The position numbers were made by a program, and so were the translations under genes. Positions 35,495 to 45,896 of a DNA stretch of 64,000 bases are shown here, in pieces. The notes beneath the pieces were generated by a model. It did no database searches, was not told the origin of the DNA, and saw only the letters and a program-made list of their open reading frames with translations. Each line of letters opens with the position of its first letter. Position 1 is the stretch's first letter. Where the stretch lies: assembly GCA_041736805.1 (NCBI GenBank), contig JBGSSW010000004.1:51843-115842 (forward strand). Direction: 5' to 3'. Source of the DNA: Minisyncoccia bacterium. GTDB taxonomy: Bacteria > Patescibacteriota > Minisyncoccia > Phycocordibacterales > UBA918.

Positions 35495-38400
35495 TTAATC
35501 GTGTAACTTTCCTGGCCATCGATCATATATAATTGGTACCAAAACAAGCGTAATAATTACTGAAAATGTTAAGCCGAAAATTACAGCGGTAGCAAGTGGT
35601 ACCCAAATCGGGTCTGAGTAAAGCAAGGGCACCATACCAACAATTGTAGTTAAGGAAGTCAATATAATAGGTCTTAACCTACTAACTGCAGCGTCAATTA
35701 CAATTGTATCAATTGCTTTATTTGGAAACTTTAGTCTCATTTCGTTCATTCTATCGATCAATAGAATGGAATTGTTAACAATAATACCAGTTAAGGCTAT
35801 GAAGCCCATAATAGAAGGGAAGGAAAGAGCACTACCAGTAATGGCAAGTCCAAATAAAATTCCAATTAAAGAGAAAGGAACGATAGATAGAACGTAGGCT
35901 GTGTACCTAAATGAGTTAAACTCCAGTACCAAGACAGCTATCATTAGAACTAGTCCGATTATCAAAGCTAGGAATAGCTCTATAAAGGCTTGATTTGAAT
36001 CTTCTGCTTCTCCTCCAAAGGCATAACTTACGTCAGTCGGAAACTGTGAACTCGATTCAATTTTTTTAGAAAGTTCATTATTGATTTCAATTACATTGCC
36101 ACTTGCAGTAATATCAGCCGAAACTGTAACGACTCTTGATTGATTTTCATGATTAATTGCACTACTAGATTCACGTAGTGAAGTAACAATTAAAGAAGAC
36201 AAAATAATACTGTCCCCTTGATTATTTTTAATCGATATATTATTTAACGAGTCTATGGTAGTACGATTGGTTTGGGCTGCATCTATTTGGTCATTGCCAG
36301 TTAAGTTTAGTCTAACCACTACAGGGATGTCTTCATTTACAGTAGTTAAATTTGTTGCTTCTGTCCCATAAACAGCAGCTCTGAGAGTCTGAGAAACAAC
36401 CAGAGGGTTTAGTCCTGCAGCTGCCGTTTTAGCCTTATCTAAAGTCAAAACGTATTCAATATTATTACTTGTATTGCTAGTTTGAATATTGGTCACACCA
36501 ACTATTTCGTCCAATAAATCAGCTACCAAATTTGCTGCTTTATCAAGCTCAATTAAATCATTTCCCATTAATTTGACTCCAATTGGACTGCCGGTAGGAG
36601 GACCATTGTTTGGTTCAGAAACTGTAATTAAAGCTCCTTTAATTACAGGTATTTCGTTGCGTAGTTTTGTTATAAATTCAGTACTAGTTATTGTTCTATC
36701 ATCCTTTAAGTTAATTGTTATATTAGCGAGTTTTTCATTTTTTCCGCCACCTAAGAAAGCGCTACCTGAACCAACAGTAACGGCGTGAGCTTCAATAATG
36801 TCTTTGTTCTTATAAAGTACTTCTTCTACTTGTCTCACAACCAAATCAGTACTTTCTTTAATACTACCTTCAGGTAGTTTAATTTCAATATAAATCTGTG
36901 GAGTATCAGTTTGTTCAAAGAAAACAACTTTAACTAATCCAGCTGGAATCAAAGCTAAAGAAATAAAAAATAAAGAAATAATAACTGTCAGAAATATTTT
37001 TTTTCCCTTCTTACTTGTTATTAGTTTTTCAATATTTTTTCTATACCAACCCTGAATTTTAATATTTATTTTTTCTCCGGCACTTAGATCACTTTCTGCC
37101 AAAATGACCTTCGCTCCTTTAAGAAAACTAGATGATATAAGTGGAATAAATCCAATGGCGACAAGAAGCGAAGCAAAGAGCACAAAGATTAGGGTAAAGG
37201 GAATACCGGAAATAAACTGTCCAGTGACACCAGAAACAATAAATAGGCCTACAAACATTGCTACCGTAGTTAAAGTACCAGAGGTAATCGGACTAGCAAA
37301 ATCAACAACTGCTTTTCTTGTTACTTCTTTCTTACTCCAATCTGGGTGATCAGAAATATTTTTGTTTATTCCTTCCACCATTACAATACCTGCGTCAACT
37401 AAAACACCAATACCAAGAATTAGCGCAAATAAACTGATAAAGTTTATGGTATTACCTGAAAGATAGAGTCCAATAAAGCCAATTGTGAACGAAAGGGGTA
37501 TTGATAGTCCAGCCAGCAAACCCTCACGCCAGCCAATCATTAGTACCAAAACAAGCATGACCATCACGACAGTTTGAAGACCAGACGATGTTAAATTTTT
37601 TAAGTCATGAGCAATGTCTGCTCCAGCATCTTGTATCGTGTAAATAGTTAAATTATGTAGGAGCTGGCCTTCTGCTTGAAGTTCAACCAACTTTTCTTGA
37701 ACGGATTTTGTAATTTTTGTAATATCTCCACCGCTTTGCTTGTAAATGTCAAAACTTGCTCCAGTAAACGAAGGCTTACCGTCGATACTTAGTCTAGTAA
37801 TTGAATTTGAAGGACTCAAACCATCATCAACTATCGCAATATCTCTAACATAAACTGGCTGCCCCCCTCGGGTTGCAATTGGAATGTTAGCAACTTCTGA
37901 ACGGTCCTCGATGTCACCAAAAAAAGAAACATTATATGAAATATCTCCGGTCACTATTTGCCCGATTGGAAAGGTACTGTTAGCTGAACGTAAACCATTT
38001 ATTACATCTGAAACAGTTAAATCATATCGTGAGAGAGCTGTTGGGCTAGTGATTAAAGTTATTTCTCGTGTTCTAACGCCTTGAACCTCTACTTTTGAAA
38101 CGCCTGTCAAAGATTCCAATTCGCTCTCTAGTTTATCTGACATTTGAGTGAACTCTGCATCTGAAAGACTTCCAGACACTGAAATTGTTGTTATCGGCTG
38201 ATTGACGAAATCAATCTGTGTCACTCTAGGGTCTTCTGCATTGTCAGGTAAGTCTGAAATAACGGTATCAACTGCGTCTTTTAAATCTTGGATTGAGGCA
38301 TCTAAGTCAGCGCTAGCTTCAAACTCTACGGTTATTAATGAAACGCTTTCATTAGAAACTGAAGTTATTGATTTAACTTGTGTTAAGGAACTTGCTAGTG

Positions 38401-38602
38401 TTCTTTCTATTTCATTAGTAACTAAATTTTCAACATCGCTGGCTGGAGCTCCAGGTAGAATGGTAGTAACAATACCAACAGGAATTACAACCTCAGGAGC
38501 AGATTCCTTTGGAATTGAAATGGCCGAGTAAACTCCAAACAAGATTAGTGATGCAATTAGCAGGTAAGTAAACCTACTGTTTTTTAAGAAAAATTCCCAC
38601 AT
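35495..38602 (-). CDS. RND efflux transporter permease (AcrB/SwrC-like)
   Basis: 1035 aa; VDAGIVMVE, SRLRPIILTSLTT; 12-TM RND topology. Confidence 0.95.
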   Translation of the reverse strand: MWEFFLKNSRFTYLLIASLILFGVYSAISIPKESAPEVVIPVGIVTTILPGAPASDVENLVTNEIERTLASSLTQVKSITSVSNESVSLITVEFEASADLDASIQDLKDAVDTVISDLPDNAEDPRVTQIDFVNQPITTISVSGSLSDAEFTQMSDKLESELESLTGVSKVEVQGVRTREITLITSPTALSRYDLTVSDVINGLRSANSTFPIGQIVTGDISYNVSFFGDIEDRSEVANIPIATRGGQPVYVRDIAIVDDGLSPSNSITRLSIDGKPSFTGASFDIYKQSGGDITKITKSVQEKLVELQAEGQLLHNLTIYTIQDAGADIAHDLKNLTSSGLQTVVMVMLVLVLMIGWREGLLAGLSIPLSFTIGFIGLYLSGNTINFISLFALILGIGVLVDAGIVMVEGINKNISDHPDWSKKEVTRKAVVDFASPITSGTLTTVAMFVGLFIVSGVTGQFISGIPFTLIFVLFASLLVAIGFIPLISSSFLKGAKVILAESDLSAGEKINIKIQGWYRKNIEKLITSKKGKKIFLTVIISLFFISLALIPAGLVKVVFFEQTDTPQIYIEIKLPEGSIKESTDLVVRQVEEVLYKNKDIIEAHAVTVGSGSAFLGGGKNEKLANITINLKDDRTITSTEFITKLRNEIPVIKGALITVSEPNNGPPTGSPIGVKLMGNDLIELDKAANLVADLLDEIVGVTNIQTSNTSNNIEYVLTLDKAKTAAAGLNPLVVSQTLRAAVYGTEATNLTTVNEDIPVVVRLNLTGNDQIDAAQTNRTTIDSLNNISIKNNQGDSIILSSLIVTSLRESSSAINHENQSRVVTVSADITASGNVIEINNELSKKIESSSQFPTDVSYAFGGEAEDSNQAFIELFLALIIGLVLMIAVLVLEFNSFRYTAYVLSIVPFSLIGILFGLAITGSALSFPSIMGFIALTGIIVNNSILLIDRMNEMRLKFPNKAIDTIVIDAAVSRLRPIILTSLTTIVGMVPLLYSDPIWVPLATAVIFGLTFSVIITLVLVPIIYDRWPGKLHD

Positions 38603-38609
38603 AAAATAT

Positions 38610-40154
38610 TTACTTGCTTACTTCCGTTACTTTTGTACCTTCGACAAGACCTCGTGCATCTACAACAATTTTTGTATTCAAATCAATTCCTGAACTAATT
38701 GTTACTCTTTCTCCTCTAATTGTACCCAGTTCCACGTCTTGTCTTTTTAATAGTTCAGACTCAACCAAAAATACATAACTAACCGGACCGTCGAACTTTA
38801 CTGAGGATAAAGGAATTTGAGTCTCAACCAACGTTTGAGTTTTAGCTTTAGGAACAAATAATCGAACCGTATCTCCATTTTGAAATCCAGACCCAACAAC
38901 CGCTACTCTGACTTCAATTTTTCCAGTCTGATTATCAACAACTGGAGAAACATTAGTTACCGTACCGGTACCATTACCTTCAAGTATTAAATTGTCGCCA
39001 ATTGTAATCAAATCCCTTTCGTTTACTCCAATGTAGGTAGTAATTTCAAGACCTTGATTGTTAGCAATTTGAGCCACTGGGGCAAAAGCCGATAGATAAT
39101 CTCCAGTTTTAATCGATAAAGTATTAACTTGACCAGCAATAGGTGTTCTAATAATTGTTTTTGCGTAGTTTGATTGAGCAGCTCGCAGTGAACCTAATGC
39201 TTGTTTTACTTGAGCGTCTGCCGTTGAATAGTTATTACTTGATCCTCCAGCAATATCTGCACGATTTTTAGCCTCCAAAGCCGCTGTAAGAGCTGAAGAA
39301 GCTCTGTCCAAAGAATCTATTGTGGTATTTAAGCTTGTCCGAGCGGCACCAAAAGTGGCTAAGTCAAGTTGAATCTCCGCGTCGGTGTAACCTAAGGTAG
39401 AATCCTCTTTTTGCAGAACGCTGATGAATGTATCCACTATGTCAATTAAATTTTGTGTAGCTGACTTTGCTTCTAGGTAAATTTCATTAAGATTATCTGT
39501 TGTCTTGGTACTTTCTGTTTTTTGCTGCCAAAGAGGCAAGGATTTCTGTAATTTTACTCTTTCTTCATTTAAATAAGTAGTATACCCTCGTCCATTGATT
39601 CGTAAGCCGGGCACATATGCAAATGGATTTCCAAAAAATTGGTCAATTGTCCCAATCACAATAGTATTATTTGTGTTATAAGCAGCTTTATAGGCAGATA
39701 AAGAAGCATTTTGCGCAGCTAAAAAAGAATTTTCAGCCTCAGTCACTCCAATCAAGCCTTGCTGTGAACCAGCCAAAGCTGCTTCATAAGCCCCTTCCGC
39801 TTGCAATAAAACGGCACTTTGTGCTGAATTCTCCAAGGTAGCAATCACTGTTCCAGCAGAAACGGTTTGTCCCAAAGAGACATTAACAGAGGTAACCCGT
39901 CCACCAACCTCAGATAGTAGGCCAGCTTGTGTTTTTGCTGCAACAACTCCAATCAATTCAACTGATTGGTTATTATTTAGTTGCGCTGGTGTAGCTGTTT
40001 CAACTAGATTTACAATTGCTTTAACTTCTAAATCAGCGGCGTCGTCATTTGAAGTTAATGTTGAAACTACAGCCACAAATAATAGGGTAATCAAGATATA
40101 CGTCCGAAAGGGTCGAACGTATCTTTGATATAAACTTAACAACATGCTTTTCAT
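38610..40154 (-). CDS. RND membrane-fusion (adaptor) protein with a long coiled coil
   Basis: GGRVTSVNVSLGQTVSAG, IRTPIAGQV, IPLSSV. Confidence 0.9.
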   Translation of the reverse strand: MKSMLLSLYQRYVRPFRTYILITLLFVAVVSTLTSNDDAADLEVKAIVNLVETATPAQLNNNQSVELIGVVAAKTQAGLLSEVGGRVTSVNVSLGQTVSAGTVIATLENSAQSAVLLQAEGAYEAALAGSQQGLIGVTEAENSFLAAQNASLSAYKAAYNTNNTIVIGTIDQFFGNPFAYVPGLRINGRGYTTYLNEERVKLQKSLPLWQQKTESTKTTDNLNEIYLEAKSATQNLIDIVDTFISVLQKEDSTLGYTDAEIQLDLATFGAARTSLNTTIDSLDRASSALTAALEAKNRADIAGGSSNNYSTADAQVKQALGSLRAAQSNYAKTIIRTPIAGQVNTLSIKTGDYLSAFAPVAQIANNQGLEITTYIGVNERDLITIGDNLILEGNGTGTVTNVSPVVDNQTGKIEVRVAVVGSGFQNGDTVRLFVPKAKTQTLVETQIPLSSVKFDGPVSYVFLVESELLKRQDVELGTIRGERVTISSGIDLNTKIVVDARGLVEGTKVTEVSK

Positions 40155-40275
40155 ACTAATTGAATGACTTAATTTTGCGCAAAATAATAAGCTGGAATAA
40201 TAACACTAAATTTTCAATTTGTCTATATCTAAAAAATTATTGCTAACGATTTTTGCGTGATAGAATAACAATCTT

Positions 40276-40590
40276 ATGTTTGGAAAATTAAAACAATTTG
40301 CCCTAAAAAAAGTATTACAATCGCAGATGAAAGATGCTCCGCCTGAGCAACAAAAAATGCTCCTTGAAATGCTGGATAAAGACCCGGCTCTATTTGAGAA
40401 AATCGCCAAAGAAATGCAGGCTGAATTAAAAAAGAACGGTAACAACCAAATGTCAGCTGCCATGAAAGTGCTACCTAAGTACCAAAAGGAAATAATGTCG
40501 GCCATGAGTCCAGAAATGAAAGATCAAATGATAAAGATGCAAATGGGTTCTCAAGGTAAATTTAATCCTAACGGTTCAATTAGGCGCTAA
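40276..40590 (+). CDS. Small Met/Lys/Gln-rich helical protein
   Basis: 104 aa; TAGAAT 9 nt upstream; terminator downstream. Confidence 0.7.
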   Translation: MFGKLKQFALKKVLQSQMKDAPPEQQKMLLEMLDKDPALFEKIAKEMQAELKKNGNNQMSAAMKVLPKYQKEIMSAMSPEMKDQMIKMQMGSQGKFNPNGSIRR

Positions 40591-40617
40591 GTAAATCAAG
40601 TAGTTTTGAAAGTAATC

Positions 40618-40648
40618 AACACACCGCAAGCTTTGCTTGCGGTGTGTT
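40618..40648. terminator. Perfect 14-bp hairpin
   Basis: aacacaccgcaagc-ttt-gcttgcggtgtgtt. Confidence 0.7.
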
Positions 40649-40666
40649 CAGTTATACTAGTCATAT

Positions 40667-41251
40667 ATGCAAAATCCTAAAAAAATTCTTATTATTTGCG
40701 GTCACCCAGACCATGAATCATTTAGTGGAAACGTGGCTGATCATTATCAAGTTGGGGCCGAAGACGCTGGTCATACTGTTGTAAGAGTGAACCTAGGCCA
40801 ACTAAACTTTGACCCAATTTTGCACAAAGGATACAAAGAGATTCAACAGCTTGAACCAGATTTAATTGATTTACAAAATAAATTTAAGGAAGCTGATCAC
40901 ATTGTAATTTTATATCCAAATTGGTGGTGTACTATGCCTGCCTTACTTAAAGGTCTTTTTGATAGATTTTGGCTGCCTGGATTTGCTTTCAACTTCAATA
41001 AGCAAACCAAAAAAATTGAAAAACACCTGTCTGGAAAAACTGGTCGAGTTATTATTCTTTCTGGTTCGCATACTCCATTTCAAACCTGGTGGAAGTTTGG
41101 TGACTATACAAACGAAATTCAATACGGGATTTTAGAATTTGCTGGTATTAGAACTCAAGTTAGCTCATACGGACCTTGTGAAAAAGTTAACGATGAAATA
41201 AGAGGGAAGTGGCTAAAAGAGGTAGAAAACCTAGGAAAAAAGGCCTTTTGA
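40667..41251 (+). CDS. NAD(P)H-dependent oxidoreductase (flavodoxin-2 fold)
   Basis: IICGHPDHESF, YPNWWCTMPALLKGLFDR. Confidence 0.9.
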   Translation: MQNPKKILIICGHPDHESFSGNVADHYQVGAEDAGHTVVRVNLGQLNFDPILHKGYKEIQQLEPDLIDLQNKFKEADHIVILYPNWWCTMPALLKGLFDRFWLPGFAFNFNKQTKKIEKHLSGKTGRVIILSGSHTPFQTWWKFGDYTNEIQYGILEFAGIRTQVSSYGPCEKVNDEIRGKWLKEVENLGKKAF

Positions 41252-41329
41252 AGCCCCAAAATACATTGACTTTTTAGTCATTTCGTGCTATACTCTAAAT
41301 AGAAGGTTCTTCACATTGAGGAATCAAAA

Positions 41330-41722
41330 ATGGAGTACGGTATGTACACGAAGTATTTTTTCACCCTGGTTCTCGTTGCCCTTTTTGCTGGTTGTGCCAG
41401 CAACGAAAGCTACCATTCATCGCGTCGCAATGCGGTGCCGGTGGATGAACTCGGATCGCGCGGGGCCACCTTTGCCGGCCAAGCCCAGCAGTTCCATCAG
41501 AACAACATGGCCATGAGTGTGTGCCCCAACGGCACAATCACGAAAAAAGGCGGTGGCTCGATGAACGCCGGAGCTGGTGACCAGAGTGGCCGAGTGACCT
41601 ACAGTGTCACCTCAGCCAGTCAGTTCAAAGAAGAATGCGACTACGGTGAACAAAACCAGGCACCAAAAACGCCGGCTCGTAACGTTGGAGAAAACCCGAC
41701 CAAGAAGGAGAAGCGGCAATGA
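41330..41722 (+). CDS. Orphan lipoprotein
   Basis: Lipobox LFAGC; own TTGACT...TATACT promoter and gagga SD; GC-richer than flanks. Confidence 0.7.
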   Translation: MEYGMYTKYFFTLVLVALFAGCASNESYHSSRRNAVPVDELGSRGATFAGQAQQFHQNNMAMSVCPNGTITKKGGGSMNAGAGDQSGRVTYSVTSASQFKEECDYGEQNQAPKTPARNVGENPTKKEKRQ

Positions 41723-41973
41723 GGCTTCTTTGCGCAGCTCTCGCCATTGCAATGTCGGGTTGCGCCAGTACCAACTATTACGTCGAAAGCGACATTCCAG
41801 GCCTAGCCGGAAAAATTGCTGAGGGAATGCAATCAATCCCTCAGCACTCCTGTCAGCCTGGAGAAAAAGTTTTGATGCTCTCAAGAGCAGATTCCAACTG
41901 CACGAAAGCTGGTTGTCGGGAGAAATTCCAGAAGAAAATTTCCTGCCAAAAAGCAACCCCAGAGCGCCGCTAA
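41719..41973 (+). CDS. Small Cys-rich orphan lipoprotein
   Basis: Lipobox MSGC; four further Cys; ATGA overlap; SD aaggag. Confidence 0.65.
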   Translation: MRLLCAALAIAMSGCASTNYYVESDIPGLAGKIAEGMQSIPQHSCQPGEKVLMLSRADSNCTKAGCREKFQKKISCQKATPERR

Positions 41974-41996
41974 CATGTTAGCTGGCGCTCTTTTTT
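41961..41996 (+). terminator. Intrinsic terminator
   Basis: agagcgcc-gctaac-at-gttagc-t-ggcgctct followed by a T-run. Confidence 0.75.
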
Positions 41997-42014
41997 ATAT
42001 TCAATTTTATAAGA

Positions 42015-43031
42015 TTACTTACCTCGACCGTATATTTCCTTTAGTTTATTGACGTGCTCTTCGTAGGTAACACTACAATAAAATTGACCTTTAGGTCCAT
42101 GAAAATAGTACATGCAGTCTGTATTTTTTGGGTTTAAAGCAGCAACAATTGCTTCAGTTGAAGGATTTGAAATTGGGGCTGGTGGTAATCCGATGTTTGC
42201 GTAGGTATTGTATGGTGAATCAATAAACTTATCGGCTGGAATGACTTTTGGCCACCAATGTTTTTCCGAAGTCTTACTACCTTTGGCATACTGTAGGGTA
42301 GCGTCTAGTTGTAGTGGCATATCAATGAAAAGCCGATTCCAAATTACACCTGAAATATATCTCATGTCATTAAAGTCATAGGCTTCACGTTCAATTAATG
42401 AAGCAATCGTCAGACCATCTATTAAAGGTACTTGTTGTTCAACACTCTCATCATATTGCTTTAAAATTTCTTGATTAAAATTTTCATATAAGACATCAGC
42501 CACATTTTCTGGTGTAGCTTCAATACTGACAATATATCTTCCGGGGAAGAACTTACCTTCTGCTAGAGCAGGTTCCGCTTCAGTTATATATGAAGCAAAA
42601 AGATCTTGTTCAGCTTTGTTCCACTTTAAAATTTCGGCAAAATCAGCGATGATTTCTTCCTTCCTTTCACCAGAGTAAATTACTAAAATGCGACTGACTG
42701 GTGAAGCCAGATTTTGATAGAAATCCCATTTTGCAATTTGTGCAAGCAGTTTATCTTGGAAACGCTTTTTTCTGGAGTCAGCAACCTTTATGGAAAGGTA
42801 GGTTTCGACATATAAATCAACAGCTGGATTTTCTGTAATTAACTTAGTAGCAGTGTTTACACCAACCGGGAACTTATCCTGCCCTTGAACTTGAGTAAGT
42901 GTGTAGGTATTACTTTTAAAGTAGAAAGCATTAAACCAAACAAAAAACGCTAGTGATGCGAATAATATAAAAAGAAGAAGAGAAATTACTATCTTCCTGG
43001 TTAAGTTTACCGGCCTTTTAATAGACGTCAT
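42015..43031 (-). CDS. mltG: Endolytic transglycosylase MltG (paralog 1)
   Basis: EGKFFPGRY, IASLIEREA, NRL...MPLQLDATLQY, SPYNTY...GLPPAPISNP. Confidence 0.9.
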   Translation of the reverse strand: MTSIKRPVNLTRKIVISLLLFILFASLAFFVWFNAFYFKSNTYTLTQVQGQDKFPVGVNTATKLITENPAVDLYVETYLSIKVADSRKKRFQDKLLAQIAKWDFYQNLASPVSRILVIYSGERKEEIIADFAEILKWNKAEQDLFASYITEAEPALAEGKFFPGRYIVSIEATPENVADVLYENFNQEILKQYDESVEQQVPLIDGLTIASLIEREAYDFNDMRYISGVIWNRLFIDMPLQLDATLQYAKGSKTSEKHWWPKVIPADKFIDSPYNTYANIGLPPAPISNPSTEAIVAALNPKNTDCMYYFHGPKGQFYCSVTYEEHVNKLKEIYGRGK

Positions 43032-43091
43032 ACAACAACCTCTATATTGTACACAATTAAACTAATCTTACTATTTAAATACATAGCGAAA

Positions 43092-43523
43092 TTATTCTTC
43101 GCTTAGACCATCAATTGCTTCAACTAATAGAAGTTTTTCTGTTAGTTGCTGGTGAATCATAATTCTGGTGTCAATTTCGCGTATTAAATCAATTTGCTCC
43201 TTTAATCTGCCTTCGGCTAAACTTGTCACCTCATTAATATAGGCCTTATCTGATTTAGTTTTTCTTTTTTTGTCAGTAATAGAACCTGAAAAATCACGAA
43301 GTTCAAGTAAAAAAACGCTAGTATTTGAAACGCTATCTACTAGGTCCTGTCTGATTTCTTCAGCCTGAACAACCCATTCATCCCAATAGCCACAGAACGG
43401 TCCATACTGTTTGTGAAAATCAACTTCTACAGAATTAATTGCTTTGGAGCAATAGATTATCCTTGCTCGCAATTTATCAAGGCAAGCTAGATTTTTATTT
43501 AATAAAGAAAAAAGATTATCCAT
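43092..43523 (-). CDS. Hypothetical helical protein
   Basis: 143-aa ORF; no motif recognised. Confidence 0.55.
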   Translation of the reverse strand: MDNLFSLLNKNLACLDKLRARIIYCSKAINSVEVDFHKQYGPFCGYWDEWVVQAEEIRQDLVDSVSNTSVFLLELRDFSGSITDKKRKTKSDKAYINEVTSLAEGRLKEQIDLIREIDTRIMIHQQLTEKLLLVEAIDGLSEE

Positions 43524-43664
43524 GTCTAACTATAATAACATTACGCCTAGGTCCAAATGTCACTGCTAGTTGCAACTGTGCATATGAAAAACATTGCTTT
43601 TTAAGCAATAATGTTATCTAATGTTACTGGCAATGTTTTTTTATACCTTACCAGGAGATAAGCA

Positions 43665-44258
43665 GTGACTTTAAAGTTGGTGTCAAAGCAAATACCGTCT
43701 GATCAAAATGTTTCGCAAACCTTGATTGAGTATTGGAGACTGGCCTCTGATAGAGTTACGGTTGATAAAATTGCTAAGCAGGCAGTTACTGCCAGTGCCG
43801 GTTTTGTTAACCACAGAGAAGCTTTAGGTGCCTTGAATGGTCTACTGCAAATCTTTGCTTTCCACGTCTCAAAAGTATCCAAAAAGGATGGTCCTGACGA
43901 AACACCGACGATATTGTTCGAAAGCCTTATCGACCGGATGTTTCAGTTTTTGGTTCGTGAAAGCCTTCCTTACCAGCAGCTTTGCAAGCACCTAGGCTTT
44001 CAAGTTGTTCGTATACCCATAGGATGTACGGAGACTAGTCGGCTTATTTTCGATTTAGGAGGTGTCGCCTACCAAGAACGTGAACTCTCGCTTGTTTTTG
44101 GCAAAGAGTTGGATCACGGCCTGCACGAATGGAATAGTCGTCACAATAAGTCAATTGCGATTTCTTCCTTTGCTCTTCCAATGTCAATTGATTACGACGA
44201 TTCTTTTGATATAGATTTGCTTGATTTAAACCTATACAGTACTTTGTGGTCAAAATAG
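43665..44258 (+). CDS. Orphan hypothetical protein
   Basis: SD aggag at 43653 before GTG; terminator downstream. Confidence 0.6.
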   Translation: MTLKLVSKQIPSDQNVSQTLIEYWRLASDRVTVDKIAKQAVTASAGFVNHREALGALNGLLQIFAFHVSKVSKKDGPDETPTILFESLIDRMFQFLVRESLPYQQLCKHLGFQVVRIPIGCTETSRLIFDLGGVAYQERELSLVFGKELDHGLHEWNSRHNKSIAISSFALPMSIDYDDSFDIDLLDLNLYSTLWSK

Positions 44259-44273
44259 GAAACGGCCGGGAGG

Positions 44274-44304
44274 AAAGAGACGCTGTCAAAAAACAGCGTC
44301 TTTT
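44274..44304. terminator. Hairpin between convergent genes
   Basis: agacgctgt-caaaaa-acagcgtct. Confidence 0.65.
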
Positions 44305-44869
44305 AATTTTCTACTCGAACAAAAAACATAGTTTCGGAATTATCTGTCGAACTAAGTTTTAGCATGTTGTTAGTTAACAAATAATCAGAAACTTTTAAAA
44401 GTTGTGACGTATAGCTTTCCTCAAGTGAATTTTCACAATACATTTTAGTTGAAAGTAATTTATCAAAAGTTAGGGAGTTTCCTTCAACCATAAACTCTCC
44501 TCCAATAGTATTGCAATCTGTTTCACTTCCCATTGAGTCCGAAGCACCGAAGCGAAGTATAAAAGGTTTGTCTCTTGGTTCTAGTAGTATAGCGCCAGTC
44601 GTATCTTCAGTGCGTAACCAGCGCCAATTAGTACTAGAAAGGCTATTTGGAAGTTCTGCTGCAACGGTTTCCTCCATACTAACCAGTTCACCTTCCGCAG
44701 TCCTAAAATCGCTGGTAGTTGAAGAAACGCTATTATCGGAAGGAATAAAAACATTAGCTGAAGTATTAGATTCATCTTTTGGAGCCATGACATCACTAGT
44801 GTAAAGATAAGTAAAAACTATAATGACGACGAGAGCGACTACGTAGTAAGAAACTTGTTTCTTAGTCAT
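44303..44869 (-). CDS. META domain (HslJ-like) protein
   Basis: N-terminal TM; LSSTNWRW, GSETDCNTIGG, STKMYC. Confidence 0.85.
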   Translation of the reverse strand: MTKKQVSYYVVALVVIIVFTYLYTSDVMAPKDESNTSANVFIPSDNSVSSTTSDFRTAEGELVSMEETVAAELPNSLSSTNWRWLRTEDTTGAILLEPRDKPFILRFGASDSMGSETDCNTIGGEFMVEGNSLTFDKLLSTKMYCENSLEESYTSQLLKVSDYLLTNNMLKLSSTDNSETMFFVRVEN

Positions 44870-44929
44870 ATTTATAAATTTAAAATTAGTACTTTAATTT
44901 TATCATAGTTTTAAAACTATATTTCTGGT

Positions 44930-44965
44930 AACAAAAATGACAGCTATAAAGCTGTCATTTTTGTT
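44930..44965. terminator. 16-bp hairpin terminator
   Basis: aacaaaaatgacagct-ataa-agctgtcatttttgtt. Confidence 0.7.
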
Positions 44966-45896
44966 AATTTAAAGTTGTAAAACTTTCCACCTCACCACAA
45001 GATAAATAGGGAGACTTGTTAGTGTCGGTATATTCTACACAAATACGATAGTAATTTTTTGTTCCTCTAGCAAGGCCGGAAGCAGTTAATTTTACAGTAT
45101 TGCGACCAGTAAATTTAGCGTTGGCGGATTTTTTTGCTACTAAGCCCGCGGCAACTGGAATTTGGGCTAATGAATCGAAATCTTCTGCATCAACAACTTG
45201 ATTTCTGTCACTTCCATAAACAAAGAAAACATTACCTAAACTGTAATCATTCATGGTAACAAATCCTTGAATAGAGGCTCCTGTAGCTGTTATGGCACTA
45301 GATCCTTCTGTTTCGGCGCTTGGTCGACCATTAAATGACATAGTGTTAGCTGATGAAACGGTTGTGAAAGTTCTAGTTTGTCCGTACTGTCGGTTTCCGT
45401 CCTTATCTTCGGCTGCAATACGAAAACTATAATTAGTATCCGAAAGCAAATCTGTCACAGCTATTGTTTGTGGTTGTATTCCAGTTTTTGTTAAGTCGGG
45501 CAGGTAAATTTTCTTTGAAAGACTACTGCCTGTTCCATATTCAAACCAAACCTCTGCCATAGTAGAACCACCTTTGTCGACAGTACCTTTTAAAGTAGCG
45601 TTATTTCTAGATATTGACGTTGGCGCTAAGGAAACAACATTCATAAAATAAGGATTTGGGCCCTTAGTGGTTGAGCTACGACCCGAATTACTACTAGATT
45701 CTTCAGCTTTCAAAGCAGCCAGTTGAGCTTGTAGTTGAGCCAAAACACCGTATAGGTATGCCAGTAGTTCAGTATTAGTTCTGGGTTGGTACTGACTAGT
45801 GGTTGCAGCATAAGAAAAATTAACAGTTGGTGCTAACAAAAGGACTGAAAGTAAGAGTGCTGATATTCCTTTTGCTAAAGTGAAGTTTTTAAACAT
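44964..45896 (-). CDS. Secreted protein with a short coiled coil and two FN3-like repeats
   Basis: Signal peptide from MFKNF; LAQLQAQLAALK; WFEYG...YSFRIAAE; FFVYG...YYRICVE. Confidence 0.7.
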   Translation of the reverse strand: MFKNFTLAKGISALLLSVLLLAPTVNFSYAATTSQYQPRTNTELLAYLYGVLAQLQAQLAALKAEESSSNSGRSSTTKGPNPYFMNVVSLAPTSISRNNATLKGTVDKGGSTMAEVWFEYGTGSSLSKKIYLPDLTKTGIQPQTIAVTDLLSDTNYSFRIAAEDKDGNRQYGQTRTFTTVSSANTMSFNGRPSAETEGSSAITATGASIQGFVTMNDYSLGNVFFVYGSDRNQVVDAEDFDSLAQIPVAAGLVAKKSANAKFTGRNTVKLTASGLARGTKNYYRICVEYTDTNKSPYLSCGEVESFTTLN

